From: Candidatus Competibacteraceae bacterium
GTDB lineage: Bacteria; Pseudomonadota; Gammaproteobacteria; Competibacterales; Competibacteraceae
DNA length: 64,000 bases
Assembly: GCA_036351435.1 (NCBI GenBank)
Contig: JAZBPA010000065.1
Span: 1,186-65,185, forward strand
Reading direction: 5' to 3'
Part shown: piece after piece, positions 1 through 7,277 of the stretch
Position numbering within the stretch: the first letter of the stretch is position 1
Layout: every line of letters starts with the position of its first letter
Translations under genes and position numbers: made by a program
The notes under the pieces: generated by a model
What the model was told of the DNA's origin: nothing
What the model saw: only the letters and a program-made list of their open reading frames with translations
Database searches by the model: none

Positions 1-6
1 CAATTG

Positions 7-738
7 CTAGCGCCGTTGTCTCCGCTTACGCAAAAACTCCATCAGATCGAAGTTCAAAAAGAGCTTGATCTGCGGCTGCGGCATACCGGGCTTTAGATCG
101 ACATCGTATGATAGATTCATCCCGGGCAGAGCAAAAGGTGAAGTAATACCGCCTCCGGTCCGCCGCACCCGAAACGAGAGTCCCTCAATGCCGGGGACAG
201 GCAGATTTTTTCCCTCGATAAATGAAAAGGCTTTTTGCCGGGTATCCTGACGCGCCAGAATTCCTGCCACCACGCCCGATGCCAACAGGGTTGTATGGGT
301 GATTAACAATGCCTTTTCGCCCGTGTTCGCTCCATTCCAGATCGACTCGACGGTTTTCTTACCCTGTTCCTCAATATGCTTGACTCCATTCTTGACTACC
401 GGCAACTTGCCGACCGCTTTGACCAGGTCCGACACCTCACCTGCTCTAGGTTTATCGGGTCCTTTCGCCGGCGGCTTGGCGGGCGGCGACTGCGGTTGCG
501 GCGCCGTTAACATACGTTGAAAACGCCAATCCTGTTCCAGTTTGCTCCAATCGGGTTGTTCAAAAAGCATAAAGGGCTTTTTCTCAATGATGAGCAACCC
601 CAACGCTTCCATTTCCGCCCTAATTTGAGGATCCAGCTTCAGTTTAAATTCGGGATTCAATAAAGAGATGCTGCCCGCGTGCGGTGCGTTGATAACAGAA
701 GGTTTCTTCGGTGGGTTCAGATTATAGGGGCTGCCCAT
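7..738 (-). CDS. hypothetical protein with central Pro/Lys-rich linker, no recognisable family
   Basis: ORF 7..825. The internal ATG at 738 has GGAGG 5 nt upstream (rc of ctgcctccgg), so I prefer the shorter start. It has a PQPQSPPAKPPAKGPDKP linker, no signal peptide and no motif I recognise. Confidence 0.5.
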   Translation of the reverse strand: MGSPYNLNPPKKPSVINAPHAGSISLLNPEFKLKLDPQIRAEMEALGLLIIEKKPFMLFEQPDWSKLEQDWRFQRMLTAPQPQSPPAKPPAKGPDKPRAGEVSDLVKAVGKLPVVKNGVKHIEEQGKKTVESIWNGANTGEKALLITHTTLLASGVVAGILARQDTRQKAFSFIEGKNLPVPGIEGLSFRVRRTGGGITSPFALPGMNLSYDVDLKPGMPQPQIKLFLNFDLMEFLRKRRQRR

Positions 739-843
739 AGCTGCCTCCGGGTTTGCGAGTGGTAAAAAAAGTCTGGCAATCAATTGCTTCGCGATTTTTA
801 TATTCCCTTTCCGCCTAGCGGTCAATGGCTAGCAAGCACAAAT

Positions 844-866
844 CATAATTCTTCATAATTCTTCAT
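844..866. repeat. 2.3 tandem copies of the 10-mer cataattctt in a divergent intergenic region
   Basis: Direct reading gives cataattctt cataattctt cat, between the divergent ORFs ending at 738/825 and starting at 964. Confidence 0.8.
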
Positions 867-963
867 CCTGCGTCCTAAATCCTCCCGGTTTCTTGCCAGC
901 ACCATCAGCTCCACAACGTTAATCTAAGCTGGTTTTGATCATACCGAGCGGAGGAAAAAACCG

Positions 964-1632
964 ATGGCTTACCAAATCTGGCTGGGCAACCCTTACGAAC
1001 TCCATTACAACTGGAGCAAGCTGTGCGCTGAAGTGAAAAAGTTGTTCATACCCGTGATCAATAAATTCGACGAATCCCATAAGAATCACAAACTCAACAC
1101 AGTCAATTGCAACTCACGATTTGATAAGCCAGCAATTGGTCCCAATGATTTAGTCATCTACGTCGTTCCTGCACCGAACTTCGGATTTGTCGGTGTTGAT
1201 TTCGGCACCGGTGGACGAGCTCATGCTGCTGGACTGACAATGCAGTATGGTGGCCAGGTTTGCTCGGAAGTTTATGTCAGTGATGGGCAGATCAACGGCG
1301 AAGGCGTTAAACTGCGGGTTGATCGGATGTCTAACGAACCACCGGTAATCAACGTCAAAAACAAACGAGACCCGGAACTGCTAGCCAGAGTCATCTTCCA
1401 CGAAGCGTTGCATAACTTAACGGGTTTTGGCGATCACAAATTACATAATGCATCCGGGGTCGAAATCGGCCAAGCGTCTGTCAGCGCGGCGATGGAACCA
1501 TCACTAAAAGACAAACAACTGATGGCGAATAATCTGTTAAACAAGAAAGCCAATCAATGGAAAGGTGGTTGGGAAGCACTTAATGCACGTTGGGGAGAAA
1601 AAGTACGTCCATCTAAACCCCAGAATCCGTGA
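964..1632 (+). CDS. hypothetical protein with HExxH zinc-metallopeptidase-like motif
   Basis: 222-aa ORF with GAGGAAAAAACCG upstream of the ATG. The motif is VIFHEALHNLTGFGDHKLHN (HExxH plus downstream His residues). No signal peptide. Confidence 0.55.
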   Translation: MAYQIWLGNPYELHYNWSKLCAEVKKLFIPVINKFDESHKNHKLNTVNCNSRFDKPAIGPNDLVIYVVPAPNFGFVGVDFGTGGRAHAAGLTMQYGGQVCSEVYVSDGQINGEGVKLRVDRMSNEPPVINVKNKRDPELLARVIFHEALHNLTGFGDHKLHNASGVEIGQASVSAAMEPSLKDKQLMANNLLNKKANQWKGGWEALNARWGEKVRPSKPQNP

Positions 1633-1765
1633 TCCAGCGTTCGTAATCATAGCGTACTCAATTGATAATTTGGCAGTCGCTGCGTACCATCTCAAGCAAG
1701 GCCGTAGTATTCAGCTGTGGCCCCCACATTCAACCCTCCGATGATGAAGAAGAGATGATTATGCG

Positions 1766-2530
1766 ATGAACTATGCCCGCGCCGCTGCCGCTAGCCTGCG
1801 CACCTTGACGGAACATGCGCCGCGCGTGCACTGCATCACTAATTTAGCCGCATCCGCGTACACAGCGAACCTTCTGCTCGCTGTAGGCGCTATCCCGAGT
1901 TTATCGCTCTCTCCTACGGAACTGGCCAGCTTTGTGGGCAGGGCGGACGGTCTGTGCATCAACCTCGGCACATTGGACGAACAACGCCGACAAGCCATTG
2001 GGCTGGCCCTGGAAACCGCTGCCATTTACGGTAAACCCTGGGTGCTTGATCCGGTACTGGTGGATGTCTCCCCGGAACGGTGTCGTTACGCGCAAACCTT
2101 GCTGGCCCAAGGTCCCACAATCATTCGTGGCAATCGTGCTGAAATCGAAGCGCTGGCCGAACGGGAAGAGCAAGCCGCTGAACAATTGGCTATTAAATGC
2201 AACGCGGTTGTTGCGCAGACCGGATCGGTGGATTTGATTACCGACGGTTATCGCCGTATTGAGATCGCTAACGGCCATCCGCTAATGAGCCGGGTAACCG
2301 GCCTGGGATGCGCCGGTTCCGCTTTGATTGCGGCGTTTCTGGCCGTCGTCGAGGACGGGTACGCTGCCGCAACCCAGGCATTGCTCAGTTTGGGAGTGGC
2401 TGGCGAACAAGCGGCTCTGCAAGTAACCGGACCCGGCAGTTTTCAATGGGCTATTCTGGATGAACTGTACCGGCTTGACGAATCCCTGCTCGAACAACAA
2501 GGCAAAGTGCGCGAAATAGCGCTTGGCTGA
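1766..2530 (+). CDS. thiM: hydroxyethylthiazole kinase
   Basis: VHCITNxxxxxxTANLLLAVGAxP, INLGTL, PWVLDPV and IIRGNxxEIxALA blocks are collinear with E. coli ThiM. Confidence 0.9.
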   Translation: MNYARAAAASLRTLTEHAPRVHCITNLAASAYTANLLLAVGAIPSLSLSPTELASFVGRADGLCINLGTLDEQRRQAIGLALETAAIYGKPWVLDPVLVDVSPERCRYAQTLLAQGPTIIRGNRAEIEALAEREEQAAEQLAIKCNAVVAQTGSVDLITDGYRRIEIANGHPLMSRVTGLGCAGSALIAAFLAVVEDGYAAATQALLSLGVAGEQAALQVTGPGSFQWAILDELYRLDESLLEQQGKVREIALG

Positions 2531-2555
2531 TCTACCTACCTATCAGGCGAAATCA

Positions 2556-3638
2556 ATGACTGCTTATCCTATGAATCGGCGGGGCTTTATGGCTTTGACG
2601 GGAGCCTTGGTGGCGGCTCCGCTGACCACTGTAGCGGCTGAAAAGCCCGCCTTTGAATGGAAAATGGTCACTTCCTGGCCCAAAAACAGCCCTGGACCCG
2701 GTCTCACTGCTGAGCGACTGGCCCAGCGGATCAACATCATGAGCGGCGGACGGTTGCTGGTCAAAGTTTACGGTGCGGGTGAATTGGTGCCTGCATTGGA
2801 AGTGTTCGATGCCGTATCGCGCGGTACGGCGGAACTCGGCCATACCGCATCCTTCTTCTGGCGCGGCAAGATTCCGGCCAGTGTGTTTTTTACTACCGTA
2901 CCGTTTGGCTTGATTGCGGCTGAGCATGCCGCCTGGATTGATCACGGCGGTGGCCAAGCACTCTGGGAAGAATTGTACGGCGATTTCGGCCTGCTACCCT
3001 TCATGGCGGGTAATACCGGAATGGGAATGGGCGGTTGGTTCAAACGCGAGATCAACAGCCTAGCGGATTTAAAGGGACTCAAATATCGAATACCCGGTCT
3101 CGGCGGCGAGGTATTAAAACGCTTGGGGGCAACCACAGTTACCCTGCCCCCCGGTGAGATTTTCTCGGCGCTGCAAGCGGGCGTTGTGGATGGCGCCGAA
3201 TGGGTTGGTCCCTGGAGTGATATGGCGCTGGGTTTATATAAAGCTGCGCCTTACTACTACTGGCCTGGATTCCATGAACCCAACGGCACGGGGGAATGTT
3301 TAGTTCACCGCCAAAGTTGGGCGAAATTGCCTGCTGATTTACAGGCCATCGTCAGTAATGCTTGCGCCGTGGAACATGCCTATTCACTGGCGGAAGCCGA
3401 GTGGCAGAATGCGGAAGCCGTGGAACTGCTGGTACGTCAACACGGTGTTAAAATCCGCGCCTTTCCACAAGATGTCATCACTGCTGCTCTTAGTGCCGCC
3501 AGCGAGGTACTCGCTGAGTTCGGCCAGGGCGATGCCATTAGCCGCCGCATTTATCAATCCTATGAGGCGGCTCGGCAACGAGTTATAGGTTGGTCCCAAA
3601 TCTCCACGCTGGCTCTGTTGAAAGCACGTGCGGAGTAA
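2556..3638 (+). CDS. TRAP-type transporter periplasmic solute-binding protein (DctP family), Tat-type leader
   Basis: MNRRGFMALTGALVAAPL is a twin-arginine leader. The WKMVTSWPKNSPG..., GELVPALEVFDAVSxGTAE and FFTTVPFG blocks are typical of DctP/COG4663-type SBPs. The start is uncertain (TTG 2523, ATG 2556 or ATG 2571). Confidence 0.8.
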   Translation: MTAYPMNRRGFMALTGALVAAPLTTVAAEKPAFEWKMVTSWPKNSPGPGLTAERLAQRINIMSGGRLLVKVYGAGELVPALEVFDAVSRGTAELGHTASFFWRGKIPASVFFTTVPFGLIAAEHAAWIDHGGGQALWEELYGDFGLLPFMAGNTGMGMGGWFKREINSLADLKGLKYRIPGLGGEVLKRLGATTVTLPPGEIFSALQAGVVDGAEWVGPWSDMALGLYKAAPYYYWPGFHEPNGTGECLVHRQSWAKLPADLQAIVSNACAVEHAYSLAEAEWQNAEAVELLVRQHGVKIRAFPQDVITAALSAASEVLAEFGQGDAISRRIYQSYEAARQRVIGWSQISTLALLKARAE

Positions 3639-3876
3639 TTTCCGAGTTCATGGCAGGCGGTCAATTAACAGCTTGACCACCGATCACATTGGGAAACAAG
3701 GTATTCAGTGAAGAAATTGCCGAAGCCTGTTCCAGTCCCGTTATCTCATCCAAATCTGACTGTTTGGCAACCATTACCAGAATGACTATAATATTGGTCT
3801 TTAATTTGCCTAATGATTAATATGCCGGTCACTGAGCCTAATACCGGTAAGCTAGCCTTCAGACTGAATAGCAGAC

Positions 3877-4209
3877 ATGGCAAAACCGCGCACCTTTTCC
3901 AAATACGCCCAGGAAGCTGCCGTTCTGATGGGCAAGCAGATCAAGCTGGGGCGCAAGCAGCGTCAATGGACAGAGAAGAATCTCGCTGAACGCGCAGGAA
4001 TCTCCAGAGCCACACTGCAACAAATCGAAAATGGTGAGATGAGTTGCGCCATCGGCTTAGTCTTCGAAGTCGCCACTCTGGTCGGTGTCAACTTGTTTGA
4101 TCAGGACAAACTTCCTCTAGCAACACATATTGAGCAAACACGCGACAAAATTGCGTTGCTACCGCAACGTATCAAAACCAAGACAAAGGTGATTTACGAT
4201 GACTTCTAG
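3877..4209 (+). CDS. hipB: XRE-family HTH antitoxin, HipB-like
   Basis: 110 aa. The HTH is WTEKNLAERAGISRATLQQIENGE. It overlaps the downstream HipA-like ORF by 11 nt. Confidence 0.8.
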   Translation: MAKPRTFSKYAQEAAVLMGKQIKLGRKQRQWTEKNLAERAGISRATLQQIENGEMSCAIGLVFEVATLVGVNLFDQDKLPLATHIEQTRDKIALLPQRIKTKTKVIYDDF

Positions 4210-5458
4210 CCATTTCAAAGAAGCCTTTGTCTGGATATGGCTGCCGGATGAAATCGAGCCGGTCGTGGCTGGGAGGCTAGAAGCAGAAAACAACAATATC
4301 CTGTTTAACTACGGTAAGAGCTACCTCGAACGTAGCAGAGACATCAAGCCTGCGATGTCGATTTATGAGCCGGAATTGCCGTTGCAGGCTGGAGTCTTGC
4401 CTCTGCCCGAGGGCTTGAGTATGCCCGGTTGTATCCGCGATGCCGCGCCCGATGCGTGGGGACGACGCGTTATTATCAACAAAATGATAGGGCTCAAGGG
4501 CACAAGCACCGATACGGCCGAGCTGGATGAATTGACATACTTGCTGGAATCCGGTTCTGATCGTATTGGTGCGCTCGACTTTCAACGCTCACCATCCGAG
4601 TATGTACCCCGTGCCGTGAACAATGTAAGCATGGAGGAGCTGCTTGAATCCGCTGAACGGGTAGAGCAAGGTGTACCGCTCACGCCGGAACTGGATCAAG
4701 CATTATTCCATGGCAGTTCTATCGGCGGTGCGCGCCCCAAAGCCCTGATCGGAGATCAAGGCAAAAAGTACGTCGCCAAATTTTCCTCCAGCACTGACCT
4801 GTATAGCGTTGTCAAAGCCGAATTCATAGCCATGAAGCTGGCGGCTCTTGCAGGGCTAAACGTTGCACCTGTCGAACTGGCCAGGGTGGCTAATAAGGAT
4901 GTACTACTCATTGAGCGTTTTGACCGAATACCCACCGATCAGGGCTGGGCACGCAAAGCTATGGTCTCCGCGCTCACGCTATTTGGCCTGGATGACATGA
5001 TGGCGCGCTATGCGAGCTATGAAACATTTGCCGAGATTATCCGGCACCGTTTTGCTGATCCAAAAGCAACGCTTGAGGAAGTCTTTTCACGGCTCGTTTT
5101 TAATATTCTCTGCGGAAACACCGATGACCATGCCCGGAATCACGCGGCGTTCTGGGATGGTAAAGAACTGACGCTAACGCCAGCCTATGATATATGTCCG
5201 CAGGGCCGGACAGGCAATGAAGCATCACAGTCTATGCGGATATCCGGCGATAATAATCTCAGTCAGCTTAAATCTTGCCTGGATGCCGCCTATCACTTTC
5301 TGTTATCTGAGCAGGATGCCCGCGCTATTTTCGACAAGCTGATCCATGGCATTGAACAACACTGGGATTGGGTGTGCGAGGAAGCCCAACTGAGCAAAGT
5401 GGATAAAAAACTGTTGTGGGGGCGGCAGTTTTTAAACTCGTTTTCAATGATTGATTAG
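4199..5458 (+). CDS. hipA: HipA-family serine/threonine kinase toxin
   Basis: 419 aa. GSSIGGARPKALI and the catalytic-loop-like GNTDDHARNHAAF are HipA_C signatures. It is paired with the upstream HTH gene. Confidence 0.85.
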   Translation: MTSSHFKEAFVWIWLPDEIEPVVAGRLEAENNNILFNYGKSYLERSRDIKPAMSIYEPELPLQAGVLPLPEGLSMPGCIRDAAPDAWGRRVIINKMIGLKGTSTDTAELDELTYLLESGSDRIGALDFQRSPSEYVPRAVNNVSMEELLESAERVEQGVPLTPELDQALFHGSSIGGARPKALIGDQGKKYVAKFSSSTDLYSVVKAEFIAMKLAALAGLNVAPVELARVANKDVLLIERFDRIPTDQGWARKAMVSALTLFGLDDMMARYASYETFAEIIRHRFADPKATLEEVFSRLVFNILCGNTDDHARNHAAFWDGKELTLTPAYDICPQGRTGNEASQSMRISGDNNLSQLKSCLDAAYHFLLSEQDARAIFDKLIHGIEQHWDWVCEEAQLSKVDKKLLWGRQFLNSFSMID

Positions 5459-5673
5459 TATCCCGCTGACCGCCGTATCCGCCAATCACGCAAACGCCTA
5501 AATAACAGACACCCCAGCAGAATGACGGCGATGACTAATGTCAACCCTGCGGCCAAAGCCGGATTGGCGCCGAGGAACCCGATGCCTGCCACCAGCAGCA
5601 TTATCCCTAACCAACATACCAAGGCCGACTGCCTTATTCGGAATAATCGTGCGACGACTGCTTCGAGGTGCGA

Positions 5674-6486
5674 TTAGGCACCCAATCCGGTTCGGTCCCA
5701 GTGCCGTAATCGCCCTGCCAACAAACGAATGGCCGGATCGCCAGGAATATAGGTATTGGCCCAATAGCCGTTAGCTGGTTGGAAACTGAGATTTTCTAAC
5801 GATTCGCGTTGCGTTAGAAATCCTTGAGCGGCCAAGGCAGTTGATTCATGGGAATGGTATTCAGAGTGTATCGGTGATTCTTGCGACTTTCGGGTAGCTG
5901 TAATAACTGTTTCTCGTTGCGGTTTTCGGCTGTCTTCATCAACTTGAGATTGCCGTTCGGCTTTTGCCTCCAAACCGGCGCCCAATAATCGTATTTTGGC
6001 TTGCGCTTCGGGGGCGTCGGCTATTTGTTGATCACGTGGGTCACGGCGCCCGGATATAGGGCCATCAAGATCCTTGCCGATAGCTATCACTTCTTGCTCA
6101 GATATTTTCCGGGCAAAGCGTAGACCGTTGTCGGGCATCTCATCTCGAATCGGACGAGGGGCATTAATGTCGTGCCGACTGATCGGTTCCTCCGCAGAAT
6201 CAGCCAGTTCGAACTCATCGCCATGGGGCAGGTTGTCAGCTTCTGTCTTGATACGCGCAATGCGTTCCTCCGCATTCGCGAAACCCTGAACAAACTGAGA
6301 AGTATCCATCATGTCAGCGGCGGATCGTTGCTTTTTAGAGAACTCCTTGGTCGTTTCAACTGCTTGGAGTTCTGAACCCACAGTTTTCATGGACTTTGGA
6401 CCGGTCTGTCCTAGCGCTAGAACAGCTAATAGCACAAGAAGTACAGCAAAGATTAAGGCCATATGCTGCTGTTTGGCTTTTTGCAT
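5674..6486 (-). CDS. hypothetical secreted or membrane-anchored protein, highly charged and low-complexity
   Basis: 270 aa. The N-terminal hydrophobic segment is MALIFAVLLVLLAVLALG; the rest is rich in D/E/R/K/Q. No family recognised. Confidence 0.5.
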   Translation of the reverse strand: MQKAKQQHMALIFAVLLVLLAVLALGQTGPKSMKTVGSELQAVETTKEFSKKQRSAADMMDTSQFVQGFANAEERIARIKTEADNLPHGDEFELADSAEEPISRHDINAPRPIRDEMPDNGLRFARKISEQEVIAIGKDLDGPISGRRDPRDQQIADAPEAQAKIRLLGAGLEAKAERQSQVDEDSRKPQRETVITATRKSQESPIHSEYHSHESTALAAQGFLTQRESLENLSFQPANGYWANTYIPGDPAIRLLAGRLRHWDRTGLGA

Positions 6487-6598
6487 AGCAGAATTCCGCT
6501 AATATAGGTAATCAACACTGGTTTGCTTGAAATAAACGTCTTAACTTGGCATTCGGGGTTAAATCTTGTTCCCTTACTCAACATCTTCAAAATAAGGC

Positions 6599-7237
6599 AT
6601 GGATGAGCAAACACTTTCTCCAAATACTTTTAACATCGAACTGATCGATGATACCCGTCTAACTCCACTGATCGTTGATCTTGACGGGACCTTAACACCA
6701 ACAGATACTTTGGTTGAAAGTGTCATTGAACTGATCAGGCAATCCCCGTTCTACTTCATACGATTACCCCTATGGCTGCTGAAAGGTAGAGCCGGATTTA
6801 AGGAAGCTGTAGCTAATCGAGTGCGTATTGATGCGCAAAGCCTACCCTACAATATCCCATTATTGACTTATTTAGGGACCGAGAAGAGTAAAGGCCGCCA
6901 AATCGTTTTAGCCACGGCAGCGCACCATTCCATTGCCGCAGCTGTTGCAACCCATCTTGACCTGTTTGATGAAGTGATAGCGACTCAGCACCGCCAAAAT
7001 ATTAAAGGATGCGCTAAACTCGCGGCTATTCAACAGAAAGTCGGTGAGACATTTGTTTATGCCGGAGATAGCAAAGCTGACATTCCTATTTGGAGAGCTG
7101 CAGAAGGGGCTATATTAGTCGGCGTATCGAAACGTTTAGCGGATAAAATTCGCCGGGATCGTAGTATCTGGATTGAGCGAGAATTTGAAAGAGCGATAAA
7201 TCCACGCGGGAGTTGGTCACGTATTCTGTTGCGATAA
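6599..7237 (+). CDS. HAD-superfamily phosphatase-like protein
   Basis: HAD motif I is LIVDLDGTLTPTD, with a later AGDSKADIP (motif IV-like). It is often found fused or adjacent to UbiA-type prenyl-phosphate glycosyl carrier synthases. Confidence 0.7.
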   Translation: MDEQTLSPNTFNIELIDDTRLTPLIVDLDGTLTPTDTLVESVIELIRQSPFYFIRLPLWLLKGRAGFKEAVANRVRIDAQSLPYNIPLLTYLGTEKSKGRQIVLATAAHHSIAAAVATHLDLFDEVIATQHRQNIKGCAKLAAIQQKVGETFVYAGDSKADIPIWRAAEGAILVGVSKRLADKIRRDRSIWIEREFERAINPRGSWSRILLR

Positions 7238-7277
7238 CTTGCCAGGATGCAAAATAATAATATTTGAGTAGAATAAA

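Noticed and set aside
1633-1765. A TPP riboswitch might be expected upstream of thiM.
   Set aside because: I could not find the conserved CTGAGA or ACCTGATCTGGATAATGCCAGCG-like elements in the leader. It is not called, though a covariance-model scan would be decisive.
3641-3654. The 14-nt string tccgagttcatggc is also present at 11925-11938. Both copies lie just outside gene ends.
   Set aside because: Several exact 14-mer pairs are expected by chance in 64 kb (about N^2/2/4^14, i.e. several), and similarity does not extend into the flanks.
3662-3775. A 37-aa minus-strand ORF (MVAKQSDLDEITGLEQASAISSLNTLFPNVIGGQAVN) lies in the SBP-hipB spacer.
   Set aside because: It has no Shine-Dalgarno sequence, no recognisable motif and is very short. 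It is not supportable from sequence alone.
5498-5774. Overlapping 88-aa (minus) and 78-aa (plus) ORFs lie in the hipA / secreted-protein spacer.
   Set aside because: Their Arg/Pro-rich translations look like non-coding frames. The third frame gives a more protein-like 48-aa hydrophobic peptide, which is reported separately at low confidence.
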